IMG/VR virus record: IMGVR_UViG_3300003877_000001
Span: 62,001-126,000 of that record
Reading direction: 5' to 3' (one strand)
Length of the DNA stretch: 64,000 bases
Position numbers and translations under genes: made by a program. The notes under the pieces were generated by a model. It ran no database searches. It saw nothing but the letters and a program-made list of their open reading frames with translations, and was not told the origin of the DNA. This document shows, one piece after another, positions 32,536-43,689 of the stretch. How positions within the stretch are numbered: position 1 is the first letter of the stretch; each line of letters begins with the position of its first letter.

Positions 32536-35532
32536 TTATACACATTTTTTAACACTTTCACCAAGCATCTTCCATTGTTGTTCAATAAGTTTATCTAATT
32601 TTTTTAAATTATCTGATTTCTTACTTTCATTGATATTCATTTTCTTCTTACCTGCAAGTTCTTCTAATTTTTCTTTAACATATTTTCTAACCTTATTTTC
32701 ACCTTCGGTAACTTCAAGTTTAACAGTTCCAGCATTAACATCAACTTCAACAGATTTTGTTTTAGGAGCAAGTCCATTATCTGGTCTTGGCATTCCAGCA
32801 CCCATAACTTCAGTATCTGTTGCAAATCCCATTGCAGGTGCAACATCTACTGGTTCATCGGCAGGTTCACCTATTGAAACCGCACCAGCTTTTTCACCAC
32901 CATCTATTTCTGCATGTTCAATACCATCAACATCTTCAATTTCATCTGCAATTCCTTCTTCTTCCATTTCAATTGCAGGTAATGTTGGTTCTGTCATACC
33001 AAAACTCATTCCTTCACCTTCCATAAATGGTTTTACTTTATTAGCAAATTCACCATGACCGTATTCAATAAGTTCAGTTGCAACATTATCGTTCATATAT
33101 TTACCAATTTCTTGGTAATCAGATTCTCCTAAACCTTCACCATTTTCAGTAGCATAACCACTCATAATGCTTCCCATTTCAGAATCTGAACATTCTTCAA
33201 GATTATCTTTAGAATATCCTCTTGATTCCATATATGTTTCAAAAGTACTTCCAGCACCTTCACCATCAGGAATAGCATCATCTAATTTAGGTTCACCATT
33301 AATTTCAATAGGTGCATCTTCTTCCATTTGTGGTTCTTCAGCAGTATCCATAGCTGGTTCACCACTCATTTCTGGTGCAACTTCTTCTTCACCACTCATT
33401 TCTGGTGCAACTTCTTCTTCACCACCCATTTCTGGTGCAACATTCCCATCAGTATGACCACCCATTTGATCTGGATTTTTTATGTCTTTAGCCACTTCTT
33501 CTCTAGCATCTAAATCAATTTCAGGTAACTTATCTTTAAACGATGTGACTACTGATTTCAAGAAACCTTCAGCAGTTTCTGGTTCTAAATTAGTTGTTCT
33601 AATTTTTTCAGTAACCTTACCTACTAATTTTTCAATTTCTTGAACTGCAAGGTTTTCTGCATTTCCTTCTTCACTTTCTTCATCAGGTATTTCATCACCC
33701 ATTTCACCACCTAATTCAGCACCCATTTCAGTATCAACAGGTTCTTCACTAGTACTCATTTCTGGTGCAGTTTCTTCTGCATCGGTAGCAATATCTAAAT
33801 CATCAAGAGCACTTGCAGCAGCATCAATTTCTTCACCAGCTTCTTCTGCTTCAGCAATTGCATTATCATTCATATGAAGTGATGTTCCTTGTACTAGTTT
33901 TCCAACATTATAATCAATATCACCACCCTTATCTTGATTAGCAATAGAATCTGCAGGTTTAATATGTGAATCTTTAGTAATTAATGATTCTCCTTCTGAC
34001 ATGTCTGCTTTAGCAGCAGCTTGTGCATCACCAGCAGCAGCTTCTATATTAGCTAATTCAGCAGCATCTGCATCATCATCATCATCAATACCTTCTGCAA
34101 TTGCATCAGGTAAATTTGTTGTTGTTTTATTTGCTAATGTTTCTTTTGGATTCATATCTGAATCTGCAACAATCTCTGATTTACTTGTTTTTTTTGGTAA
34201 ATTAGTTTTTGTCATATCAGCAAGAGCATCGGCAGCTTTAATTTCAGAATCTTTAACAATTAAAGATTCACCTTCTCCAATTACTTTTTCCTTAGCAGTA
34301 TCTTTCAATGGTTCACCCTTTTCTTCTTTTTGACCTTTTTCAGGTTGATTATAATTATTATAATCAGCATCAGGGTTTTCATGTTTTGTTTCATCATCAA
34401 CTCTATCAACATCCTTTTCATCTGAATCAGCAGCTACAATATCACCACTAGTATTAAGTTTAGCTTTATCATCAAAAGGTTCACTATCTTTATGTTCATG
34501 ACCTTCAGTTACAATATCACCTTTTCCATCACCAACATTTTCTTTATCATCAAATGGATCACTTTCAGGTTGTTCTTCTACATTATTTTGAATTGCTGAA
34601 CTTGTACTTCTACTACCTGTTGCTTTATCAGCTTCTGCTTTTGCGTTAGTATCGTTGATAGGTGCTTGTGAGGGTTCATGTTTTTGATTTACTTTATCAG
34701 CAACATTATCAGCATCATTAATTTCAGAATCATCAGTCACTAAAGGACTAGCTTCTTCTTTTAATACTTTATCAGCTTGATTAACAGCTATTGAATCACC
34801 AGCAGCAGGTTTCTTATTGGCATCTTTTTTACTTGTACCTGTTGCTTTTTCAGCTTTAGCTTTAGCATTTTTATCATTGATAGGTGCTTGAGGTGCTTCT
34901 TTACCTTTTTTATCAGACATGATATCACCATCTTTAATTTCAGAATCAGCAGTAACCACTGCTTCTTCACTTACAATACCCAATGCATTCTTAACTGCTA
35001 AATCAGCAGCTTCTGGCATTAAACCTTTTGTTTTACTATTTTCTGTTTGATTTTCTGGAAGAGTAGCTTTAAATTTTTTTTCTCTACTCTGAACTATGTT
35101 TTTTTTTCCTTCTGATATGGTTCTCTTTACTAAAGTAGAAAAATTTTCTTCAGTATCTAATGAAGGTGTTTTGGATTCTTTAGTTTCGTTTACAAAATAA
35201 ACACCACCTTGATCCCATGCTTCATTAATACCATTAAGATAGAAATTTCTTTGTTTTTCTGCTTCAGCAATACTTCCGTATTGATATTTACCTTTGTTTT
35301 CTACCCCATCAATATATGTAAAATCTGTTACTTTTACGTCACCTTCTTTTACTAATGCTTTCTTTATGAAATAATTATGATTTTCTTTTACAATACCATA
35401 AGCAGTCCCATTGTCTGCTCTTTCAAATCCAATAAGAGTTTTGGTATTAGTTTCATTCTTTGACTCGGCTATTGGTGTAATACCAGATAATGTTTTAAGT
35501 CTTTTATAAAATTGTTCGTTGTTAGATGCCAT
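32536..35532 (-). CDS. large acidic low-complexity head-associated protein
   Basis: RLKTLSGI N-terminus, D/E-rich internal repeats, in head operon. Confidence 0.6.
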   Translation of the reverse strand: MASNNEQFYKRLKTLSGITPIAESKNETNTKTLIGFERADNGTAYGIVKENHNYFIKKALVKEGDVKVTDFTYIDGVENKGKYQYGSIAEAEKQRNFYLNGINEAWDQGGVYFVNETKESKTPSLDTEENFSTLVKRTISEGKKNIVQSREKKFKATLPENQTENSKTKGLMPEAADLAVKNALGIVSEEAVVTADSEIKDGDIMSDKKGKEAPQAPINDKNAKAKAEKATGTSKKDANKKPAAGDSIAVNQADKVLKEEASPLVTDDSEINDADNVADKVNQKHEPSQAPINDTNAKAEADKATGSRSTSSAIQNNVEEQPESDPFDDKENVGDGKGDIVTEGHEHKDSEPFDDKAKLNTSGDIVAADSDEKDVDRVDDETKHENPDADYNNYNQPEKGQKEEKGEPLKDTAKEKVIGEGESLIVKDSEIKAADALADMTKTNLPKKTSKSEIVADSDMNPKETLANKTTTNLPDAIAEGIDDDDDADAAELANIEAAAGDAQAAAKADMSEGESLITKDSHIKPADSIANQDKGGDIDYNVGKLVQGTSLHMNDNAIAEAEEAGEEIDAAASALDDLDIATDAEETAPEMSTSEEPVDTEMGAELGGEMGDEIPDEESEEGNAENLAVQEIEKLVGKVTEKIRTTNLEPETAEGFLKSVVTSFKDKLPEIDLDAREEVAKDIKNPDQMGGHTDGNVAPEMGGEEEVAPEMSGEEEVAPEMSGEPAMDTAEEPQMEEDAPIEINGEPKLDDAIPDGEGAGSTFETYMESRGYSKDNLEECSDSEMGSIMSGYATENGEGLGESDYQEIGKYMNDNVATELIEYGHGEFANKVKPFMEGEGMSFGMTEPTLPAIEMEEEGIADEIEDVDGIEHAEIDGGEKAGAVSIGEPADEPVDVAPAMGFATDTEVMGAGMPRPDNGLAPKTKSVEVDVNAGTVKLEVTEGENKVRKYVKEKLEELAGKKKMNINESKKSDNLKKLDKLIEQQWKMLGESVKKCV
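33358..33442 (-). repeat. 30-nt tandem repeat, about 3 copies (VAPEM[S/G]GEEE)
   Basis: TTCACCACTCATTTCTGGTGCAACTTCTTC repeated on + strand. Confidence 0.9.
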
Positions 35533-35620
35533 ATCTATATTTTTTTACTATTAATTATTAATGTTAATTTATCGTTACATTTTTTTATAAATACTATTTT
35601 TAAAGGAAAAAAACATTTTA

Positions 35621-35875
35621 TTATAATTTTATGTTTTTTAATTGTGATTCTGTTACTTTTCCTGAATTTATTAGTTGATCTTTAATGTAATTATTTATTA
35701 ATCCCTTTTTATTATAAATTTTTAATATATCACTTACAGCTTCATTTATAATAATACTTTCATTTAAATTTTTATTCACTTTATCAATTTTAGCAATAAT
35801 TTTACTTACTATTTTCTTATCTTGTTTTCTTTGGATAAGTTCATTAATTTGACTTTCTTTAATAATATATTTCAT
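35621..35875 (-). CDS. small internal head protein candidate
   Basis: IIKESQINE and LNES motifs. Confidence 0.5.
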   Translation of the reverse strand: MKYIIKESQINELIQRKQDKKIVSKIIAKIDKVNKNLNESIIINEAVSDILKIYNKKGLINNYIKDQLINSGKVTESQLKNIKL

Positions 35876-35886
35876 ATACTTTATTT

Positions 35887-36873
35887 TTAATTAAAAAAAT
35901 CACCCTCTAAAGTTAATTCTTTTGTTAAATAATCTTTCTTAATATCTACAAGGTCTTTTAAATAACCATTGTTTCTTAATACTTTAAATACTATATTTTC
36001 AGTTGAAAATTCACCCTCTTTAGATAAACCATCCTCTCTCATTAGTTTAATTTTTTCCATAAGACTATCAACTTTACCAACAACATCAACATTATTATGT
36101 GTTTCTTTAAGATCATCAATAGCATTCATAATATGTGCAGCTTTTAATTGCACATTTACAGTATCAATTGCAATCATTTTTTTTATTGGTTTAGTTAACC
36201 ATTCATTATTCATTAATGAATATACACCTGTTGATGTATGTGGTTCAGAAATATCTTGTATATAAAGTTCAACATCATGACCTTTTATTTTAGCTGGATA
36301 TGTTTCATTCCATAGATTTTTTTTATTTCTAAAATACTCACCAACAAATTCTTTATCTTCAGAAATTTGATCAAAATTCATTAATATGTGAACATCAATA
36401 TCGGAATTTTTACCATAATTATAATTTGCCATACTACCAGTAACAGTAATATCTTTAAATTTTTGATTATCAATTTTTGAATATTTAATAAATTCTAATG
36501 CATTTTTTAATAGAACTTTTCTAACTTCATCATCCATACTATCATCACACCAAATTTTAGGTGATAGTTCATCTTTTAAATGTAAATCTTTGACATCAAC
36601 AGAATCTGGTTCAATAATTTCATTTAATATATCTGTTACTGGATTTTTATCCCAATAAGGTGCTGACCAATATCTAGGATTTTTTTTGTCTTTTTTATTC
36701 TCATTACGAGATTTAAATGATTTATTTTTTTTCATAGACATTTGTGAATCTACTACATCTAATAATGCTGGTGGTAAATCCACCTCGTTAATTTGATTTG
36801 TTATTATATTTTTAGTAAAAACTTTCTTCATATTATTATAAATACTAATATATTGAATCTTTATATGATTCAA
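35887..36873 (-). CDS. pol-beta family nucleotidyltransferase
   Basis: TGSMANYNY...SDIDVH and VELY.QD; true start may be MKKVF at 36831. Confidence 0.85.
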   Translation of the reverse strand: MNHIKIQYISIYNNMKKVFTKNIITNQINEVDLPPALLDVVDSQMSMKKNKSFKSRNENKKDKKNPRYWSAPYWDKNPVTDILNEIIEPDSVDVKDLHLKDELSPKIWCDDSMDDEVRKVLLKNALEFIKYSKIDNQKFKDITVTGSMANYNYGKNSDIDVHILMNFDQISEDKEFVGEYFRNKKNLWNETYPAKIKGHDVELYIQDISEPHTSTGVYSLMNNEWLTKPIKKMIAIDTVNVQLKAAHIMNAIDDLKETHNNVDVVGKVDSLMEKIKLMREDGLSKEGEFSTENIVFKVLRNNGYLKDLVDIKKDYLTKELTLEGDFFN

Positions 36874-36943
36874 ATTTGTTTAATAGGAAAATAATATATA
36901 TATATTGATAATTTTTCCATAAAATTTTGTTTTCTATAAATAC

Positions 36944-39076
36944 TTGTTTATATTAAGAAGTATTTATAGAAAACAAAATACCAAAATGAATCTAGAATGT
37001 TATAATAATATAATTAGCGATAGACTCGCAATACACATAGATGTTAGTGATATAAATTCATGGAATTTAAACACAGCATATACATCTATTAGTTTAAATA
37101 CATGGTCTGGTGCTGTATCAGATAATATATATTTATATGATTTTGGATTAATGGGTTACGATAATGGAAGAGTTAATGATATGAAAGCCGATCTAACATT
37201 AATACCTGACGATGTGAAATTAAATTTATATAGAGTAGGGTATAATAATGCTACTGGTGGTACTTTCTATGACCTCTATTCAATGAGTGGTGTAACAACA
37301 GGTACAACAGTAGGAAACTACTTTGAATTGAATGGTGGTTATTTAAACGGATTTTTTAAATTACAAGATGAAAATTATGAAATACTTCCACCTAGATATG
37401 GTGAAGGTATTACAATTGAAAATATTATAAGAATTGATGTAAATTCTTCAGGTATCTTTTATTTAATGGGTGCAAGAGCAGAAGATAAATATAATTCATT
37501 CTTTTCTGGTGAAACAAAATTAATTACCGAAACAACCGTAGAAAAGGTAAAAACAGGTATTGTTGGAAAATATAATCAAATTTTAAATTCTACAACAGGA
37601 TTTAGTGGTGTAACCACAAGTAAAATACATTATCTAAATGCATTTTTAGAGGAAGAAGTTAGAAAAGAAGCATTCGCTGACTTTCAAGATGCATTTGAAA
37701 CTAAAGAAATAGAACAACCTAAAGATGCAACATTTGAAAATATAATTGCATTTGAAATAACAACAGATAAAAGACTTCGAATAAAAAGAATTAATGATGA
37801 AGGTGTTTTAGTAATAAAAACATCACCACAAATAATTCCAACAACTGGTTGGACAATTATAACACATGTATTTACACCAGATGATATAATTCTTGATCCT
37901 GAAGAATTAAAATGTGCAGAAAGAAGATTAGGAACATTAAAATTTTATGTTAATGGTAGATTATTCTGGACACTAAACGATTATTCTGAATATTATTTTG
38001 TAGATATTAAAAATCATGGTGAAAAAGTTATCGGTCTTCCATATAATATAAGTTGGGGTGGTGGTTCTTTTGGATTAAAACATTCATGGCATTATGATTT
38101 AGAAACATATGAATTATATACAGGGCAAACACGACAATATATTGATAACTATTTTATTGTAACAGATAATCCATTAGTTGATGATACATGTAATATAATA
38201 CCACCAATAACAACAGGAGCAACAGGTAATTCTCTTATCCTATTAGAAAATAATAATACTTTCATGATTGAAGATGATTGTGATCCAACAACTGGTACTA
38301 CAATTACAGTAATGGAAACAGCATATAGCGGTGCAACTGGAAATACTTTAAATGAATATTTTATTGAATTTTCAGAACCAATAGAATTAATAAGTAATAG
38401 GGATTACGATTTTAGTGTTGATATATATAATAATGGAATATTTCAATCAAATTTTGATAATGAAACTGTTGTAAGTTCGATTAGTTTGGTTGTGTATGGA
38501 ACTGAAGATGTATCAATTATTAGTGATGTAGTATATAAACAACCTATAACAGAAGAAGATTTGAATATTGATGCACCATTTCCTATTCATAAATCAGTAT
38601 TTGAATATGAAGATGAAGCAACAGGTTTATTAATTGACGGTACAACTGGTTATCCTATTATTAATAGTGCTAATCTAGCTATTCTTCAACAAGATTTGGA
38701 AAATTCAATTGTTACTGGTGAAGATGAATGGCATAGATTAAAAGCCAAGATAGAAACTAAAAAGAATACGAGTAATCAAATTTTTCGTGTTGGAATATTA
38801 ATTGAATCAACAGTACCAATCACTGAAGATGGTAAATTATATATCAATAATTTTAAATATATTGGTTCTGATATTCTAAATCAAGATTCAACAAAAGATA
38901 ATTTATTGGTTCAACAAAATTTTGATTCATCATATATTGGTGGTATTCAAAAATTAAGAATTTATGATATTGCATTTAATTCACAAGAAGTTTTACATAA
39001 TGCAAAATATGAATCAATTAATAATCCAGAATATGGACTCATCATTAGAGGTGGTGGTAGAATTATTTATAGTTGA
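36944..39076 (+). CDS. probable virion structural protein
   Basis: G/T-rich SG.T repeats, FYVNGRL, YIGGIQKLRIY (LamG-like); start likely MNLEC. Confidence 0.5.
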   Translation: MFILRSIYRKQNTKMNLECYNNIISDRLAIHIDVSDINSWNLNTAYTSISLNTWSGAVSDNIYLYDFGLMGYDNGRVNDMKADLTLIPDDVKLNLYRVGYNNATGGTFYDLYSMSGVTTGTTVGNYFELNGGYLNGFFKLQDENYEILPPRYGEGITIENIIRIDVNSSGIFYLMGARAEDKYNSFFSGETKLITETTVEKVKTGIVGKYNQILNSTTGFSGVTTSKIHYLNAFLEEEVRKEAFADFQDAFETKEIEQPKDATFENIIAFEITTDKRLRIKRINDEGVLVIKTSPQIIPTTGWTIITHVFTPDDIILDPEELKCAERRLGTLKFYVNGRLFWTLNDYSEYYFVDIKNHGEKVIGLPYNISWGGGSFGLKHSWHYDLETYELYTGQTRQYIDNYFIVTDNPLVDDTCNIIPPITTGATGNSLILLENNNTFMIEDDCDPTTGTTITVMETAYSGATGNTLNEYFIEFSEPIELISNRDYDFSVDIYNNGIFQSNFDNETVVSSISLVVYGTEDVSIISDVVYKQPITEEDLNIDAPFPIHKSVFEYEDEATGLLIDGTTGYPIINSANLAILQQDLENSIVTGEDEWHRLKAKIETKKNTSNQIFRVGILIESTVPITEDGKLYINNFKYIGSDILNQDSTKDNLLVQQNFDSSYIGGIQKLRIYDIAFNSQEVLHNAKYESINNPEYGLIIRGGGRIIYS

Positions 39077-39283
39077 TTATATGAAAAATTTTAATTAATT
39101 TTACAATTATGAAAAATAAAAAAATCGAAGAAAATCATCGTATTATATCTCCAAATTTATTATTAACAGATAATAAAAAAGATATTGAAATGCTTTTAAA
39201 TATAATAGCAAAAAAGTATAAAATTACAATTGATGATGCTGCTGTTGCATTATCTAAAACACTAGAAAATATATCACAATAAT

Positions 39284-39487
39284 ATGTCACAATTAAATGA
39301 AATTATTATGGGTTGGAAGAATTATATTTTTCTGAATGAAAAAGCAGAAAAATTAGCAACTAAACGTATGAAAATTTGTTTAGAATGTCCTAAATTAAAA
39401 GATAATAAAAGATGTGGTATGTGTGGTTGTTTTATGCCAGCTAAAGTTAGGTGTGAGAATGCAACTTGCCCTTTAAAAGAGTGGTGA
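39284..39487 (+). CDS. small Cys-rich Zn-binding protein
   Basis: R..IC..CP.....RC..CGCF..AK......CP...W. Confidence 0.7.
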   Translation: MSQLNEIIMGWKNYIFLNEKAEKLATKRMKICLECPKLKDNKRCGMCGCFMPAKVRCENATCPLKEW

Positions 39488-39925
39488 TTTGAACTTAATA
39501 CTAATAAGATAATTAACATCATCAAAATTTTGAATTTCTAATTTTGTTCCTTTCATAAAACTTACAACAGAAAATGGTTTCATATGTATAATCTCACCAT
39601 CAACAATAAAGTCGAAAGACCCATCAAGATTAATATAAAGAACATCATACTCTAATTCAAAACTTTTAACCTCAAAATCATTAGCAAAATACATAATAAC
39701 ATCCTCAATATTCTCTTTATTTAAAACATCAAAAACTCTTCTTTTAATACCGATTTTAGTACCATTATATACCTTAACAATATCTTCCCAATTTTCAAAA
39801 AATTGTAAAAAAATTCCAGAATCAAGATTTTGAATATCAGGTTTAATATGTGAACCAATATCATCTATTCTTAACTTAATTAGATTTTTCGCTTTTTTAA
39901 ATTCTTCTTTACAAACTGGGTTCAT
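39473..39925 (-). CDS. hypothetical protein
   Basis: ORF track. Confidence 0.45.
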   Translation of the reverse strand: MNPVCKEEFKKAKNLIKLRIDDIGSHIKPDIQNLDSGIFLQFFENWEDIVKVYNGTKIGIKRRVFDVLNKENIEDVIMYFANDFEVKSFELEYDVLYINLDGSFDFIVDGEIIHMKPFSVVSFMKGTKLEIQNFDDVNYLISIKFKSPLF

Positions 39926-40520
39926 TTCAATTATAATTTAGTGTTATATATTGCTATTATTTAAGAAATTTGATTTTATGAAAATCATGTGATTTAACAT
40001 AAATAAATATTTTTCTTGTATTTTAGATATCTTTTTATTAACTTCGCCAATAATTACCTTTTGACATTAATCAGAATAAAAATAATTACTTTATTTATAA
40101 TAAATAGTTTTTTTCTGTAAAGAAATTTAAAAAGTTATATTATTTATTTTATGAGAAAAAAAATATATAGTGGTAGAAAGTTTAAATTTGTACAAATATG
40201 TGATAGTAGGCAATGTAGAAAAGAATTTAATGGTGATATTATTAAAAACTTTTCAGAAGGAATAACAACCCCACACGAGTATGATGGTAGTAATAAAACA
40301 ATTACATGTTTATATTGTTGGAAAATATCAAAATTAAAATAATATATATATATTTGTGATTATAAGATAAAAAAACTTTTTTCATTCTAGACAAAAGTGT
40401 GATATTATTCAAATATATTTTGTAGATATAAATGATTACCCATTAAGTATTAGAATAATATAAATATTATTATGATATCGAATTTAAAGAAAAAAATAAA
40501 TATAGTAATAAAAAACAAAT

Positions 40521-42617
40521 ATGAAAATATTAAAAGAGAAAAAAAGAGAAATTCTTGAAAAAAAAGAAATTCTAAATAATGCTAAAATAAATTTAAAAAA
40601 AGAATTTGTTGGTATTGATGATGTAATAGATGAACTATTAGATGATATTCAATCTTGGTATCTATTTCCAGAAGGTCAAATAAGACCAACTATTATTAAT
40701 TTATGGGGTTTAACTGGTGTTGGTAAAACATCACTAGTTCAAGCTATGTTTAAACATATTAATTTAGACGACATTATATATAAATTTAATGTTGGTGATT
40801 ATGCTGGTCAGGGTGATGGTTCATTATCACATGTTTTCAGTAGAGATTTAAAAGATAAAGAAAATAAACCTGTTGCTGTAATGTTTGATGAATTCCAATT
40901 AGGTAGAACTATCGATGAAAATGGTGCTGAAGTTCAAAAATCAGGATTAAGGGTTATATGGGATTTACTTGATTCTGGTAAATTGGAACACATTGATTAT
41001 AGTTGGTCTGGTGGTGAAATAATGAGATTTGTTTATAAATTAGAAAAATGTGTTAATGAAGGTGTTGAAGTTGAAAATGGTATTATTACAAAAGGATTAA
41101 ATAAATTTAAAGATATTTTTGATCTTGATGATGAAGTTGAAGAAGAAGAAATAGCCGAACCTCAAACAACAGGTAGTGGTTCTAATAAAAAAATGGTAAA
41201 AAGAAGTAGCATACCTGAAAACTTCGTTATACCATCATCATATATTTATTCAATGAAGAATTGTTTTAATGATGAATATTATTCTGAAAATTTAATATAT
41301 GAAGCATTTAAAAATTTAAATGCAAAACAAACTATCGATTTATTAGAGTTAAAATTAAAAGTAGTCTTTAAACCTAGATTATATGATTATACTAAATCTT
41401 GTATATTCATTATAGGTAATTTAGATGAAGCATATCAAATGACATCACAAGTTTCACCAGATAATAATGCAGATGATTTCCATAAACATTCATTATCAAT
41501 CGGTTTAAGTGAAATTAAAGCATCATTAAAAACCAGATTTAGAGTTGAACAAATAGGTAGATTGGGAAATAATCATATTATTTACAAAGCATTTAGTTCT
41601 CAAACATATAGAGATTTAATTAATCTAGAATTAAATAGAGTAAAAAATGATATAATGGAAAGATTTGAAATTGATGTTAATTTCGATGATTCTATTAATG
41701 ACATCCTATATAAAGAAGGTGTATTTCCAACATTAGGAACAAGACCAGTATTTACAACAATCAATTCAATGATTGAATCAACAATGAGTAAAATTACATT
41801 GGATATTGCTATTTCTAGTAAAGATGTGGATCAAATAAATTGGTCTTTTGAATATGATGAAGATGCTTATCATATTATTGATTTTGTTCATAAAAATAAA
41901 ACCATATTAAATAAAAAATATGATGTTAAACTAAAATTAGAAAATAGAAGAAAATCTGATGGTAGTGAGATTCAATTATTAAATGCTGTACATGAAAGTG
42001 GACATGCAGTAACGTGTATGTTAATAATGGGTATCATTCCACAAGTTATTGTAAGTAAAACAAGTGAAAGTGATAATGCATTTACTAATTCAAAACAACC
42101 TAGTATGCATTTAAAAACTTGGTATGAAAATGATATTATTGTATCATTAAGTGGGATGATTGCTGAAAAAATGATTTTTGGTGAAGATTTCCAATCTAGT
42201 GGTTCTGAAAGTGATTTAGTAAGAGCAACTAATAATGCATTAATTGCAGCACAAAGATATGGTATGTTATCTGAAAATAGTGCATTTGGTATTCCTAATG
42301 CACCAACACAATATAATGAATTTAAAGATACTCAAGCAACAGATATTGAGGCAAAAACTTGGGTTAATGAATGTTATAAAGAAGCCGAAAAGTGTTTAAA
42401 TGAAAATAAAATATTATTAATAGAATTATCAAAATATCTATCCCAAAATTCTCAAATGAAAAAGGAACAAATAATTGAAGTTTTAGATAGATTAAATTAT
42501 AATGTTGATAATAAAGACTTAGAAAAATATTATAATTTACACGATAAATTTAATCATTTTGAAACTAAATATGAACTTGTAAGACCAAAAAGTCCTGCTC
42601 CAAGCATAATGGAATGA
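40521..42617 (+). CDS. AAA+ ATPase fused to M41 (FtsH-like) Zn peptidase
   Basis: GLTGVGKT, FDEFQ, AVHESGHA, L.G..AE...FG....G...DL..A. Confidence 0.85.
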   Translation: MKILKEKKREILEKKEILNNAKINLKKEFVGIDDVIDELLDDIQSWYLFPEGQIRPTIINLWGLTGVGKTSLVQAMFKHINLDDIIYKFNVGDYAGQGDGSLSHVFSRDLKDKENKPVAVMFDEFQLGRTIDENGAEVQKSGLRVIWDLLDSGKLEHIDYSWSGGEIMRFVYKLEKCVNEGVEVENGIITKGLNKFKDIFDLDDEVEEEEIAEPQTTGSGSNKKMVKRSSIPENFVIPSSYIYSMKNCFNDEYYSENLIYEAFKNLNAKQTIDLLELKLKVVFKPRLYDYTKSCIFIIGNLDEAYQMTSQVSPDNNADDFHKHSLSIGLSEIKASLKTRFRVEQIGRLGNNHIIYKAFSSQTYRDLINLELNRVKNDIMERFEIDVNFDDSINDILYKEGVFPTLGTRPVFTTINSMIESTMSKITLDIAISSKDVDQINWSFEYDEDAYHIIDFVHKNKTILNKKYDVKLKLENRRKSDGSEIQLLNAVHESGHAVTCMLIMGIIPQVIVSKTSESDNAFTNSKQPSMHLKTWYENDIIVSLSGMIAEKMIFGEDFQSSGSESDLVRATNNALIAAQRYGMLSENSAFGIPNAPTQYNEFKDTQATDIEAKTWVNECYKEAEKCLNENKILLIELSKYLSQNSQMKKEQIIEVLDRLNYNVDNKDLEKYYNLHDKFNHFETKYELVRPKSPAPSIME

Positions 42618-42804
42618 AAGCAATAAAAAATCCTAAGAGAATTCCTAGAAAACTAAAAAGGAAATCAAGAAAGTCTTTTTTTCAAAAGACTTCAAAAAAC
42701 ATAATGCATATCAAGAAATAATGAAAGGTAGAATGTTTATAGCACCTAAGTTAGTCAATCGTATGACTGATTTAGGATGGGTTACTGAAGATCATGGAAT
42801 GTGT

Positions 42805-43083
42805 TTATTTTTTGTTATTGATGATTCTTTTAGTACCTCTTGAATTTTTATTTTTTCCACAATGTGTATCTAATGTTGCATTACAATTTGGACATGCAAT
42901 TCTTAGGTTTTTAATCCTATTATCATTATTCGTTCCATTAATATGATCAAGAATTAGACTCATTTTTTTTCCTCTCCATTCTTCACCTTGTCCACATAAT
43001 TCACATTCACGTTTTTTTAAACCTTCTTTATATAATCTTTCTTTTAAATTGGAAGTGTGTCTATATTCTGAATTTTCAATCAA
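42805..43083 (-). CDS. HNH endonuclease, probably 5'-truncated
   Basis: CELCG, LDHING..NDNR..NLR..CPNC. Confidence 0.75.
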   Translation of the reverse strand: MIENSEYRHTSNLKERLYKEGLKKRECELCGQGEEWRGKKMSLILDHINGTNNDNRIKNLRIACPNCNATLDTHCGKNKNSRGTKRIINNKK

Positions 43084-43093
43084 TATTTATTTG

Positions 43094-43164
43094 CACCCAT
43101 AATAGGTTACGCTCCTATGGCTCAACATTCAAAGTGTTGCGAGTTACTATTACCCCATATGGGA
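43094..43164 (-). tRNA. tRNA-Gln(UUG), atypical T loop
   Basis: CAACA-CTTTGAA-TGTTG anticodon arm; T arm ATAGG-AGCGTAA-CCTAT. Confidence 0.75.
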
Positions 43165-43172
43165 ATATTTTG

Positions 43173-43245
43173 GGTGTTCGACCAGAATCGAACAGGCATT
43201 ACTTGAATCACAATCAAGCGTGTTTACCGTTATACTACGAACACC
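43173..43245 (-). tRNA. tRNA-His(GUG)
   Basis: CTTGA-TTGTGAT-TCAAG; G-1:C73 pair. Confidence 0.9.
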
Positions 43246-43250
43246 ATTTG

Positions 43251-43323
43251 CTGACCTATCTGGAATCGAACCAGAATCTCCAAATTCAAAATTTGGCGTA
43301 ATAAACCGTTATACAATAAGTCA
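43251..43323 (-). tRNA. tRNA-Gln(UUG)
   Basis: CCAAA-TTTTGAA-TTTGG; GGTTCGATTCC. Confidence 0.92.
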
Positions 43324-43328
43324 ATATG

Positions 43329-43401
43329 GGTGTTTAATGGAAATCGAATCCATACCTTCGGGGTCACGACCCGACAATGCTACCGTTACAACATAAACAC
43401 C
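43329..43401 (-). tRNA. tRNA-His(GUG), C33 variant
   Basis: TCGGG-TCGTGAC-CCCGA; G-1:C73 pair. Confidence 0.85.
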
Positions 43402-43406
43402 ATGTG

Positions 43407-43463
43407 ATAACTTTTCATATATGAAACAAAAACAATCAATATGTTTCATATATGAAAAGTTAT
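43407..43463. repeat. perfect 22-bp inverted repeat between tRNAs
   Basis: ATAACTTTTCATATATGAAACA ... TGTTTCATATATGAAAAGTTAT. Confidence 0.9.
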
Positions 43464-43466
43464 AAG

Positions 43467-43542
43467 TCGGGTAAGAGGGAATCGAACCCCCATGATGTCT
43501 TCGTCCCAAACGAAGCGACTTACCTGATTAGTCCATTACCCG
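43467..43542 (-). tRNA. tRNA-Pro(UGG)
   Basis: CTTCG-TTTGGGA-CGAAG; C1-G72, A73. Confidence 0.92.
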
Positions 43543-43568
43543 ATATTAATAAATCAAAGAACAATAAG

Positions 43569-43644
43569 TCTAAGTGACAGGAGTTGAACCTGTAAATAAT
43601 CTCGATTCCAAGTCGAGCAACCACACCTCATGGATCGCACCTAG
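43569..43644 (-). tRNA. tRNA-Pro(UGG)
   Basis: CTCGA-CTTGGAA-TCGAG; C1-G72, A73. Confidence 0.85.
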
Positions 43645-43689
43645 ATATTTAATATTAAAATTTGTAACGTTTTACAAAAGTATGAACAT

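Noticed and set aside
17240-36265. Antisense or alternate-frame ORFs inside scaffold, portal, 998-aa and NTase genes
   Set aside because: Shadow ORFs from codon bias in D/E-rich genes; no recognisable motifs.
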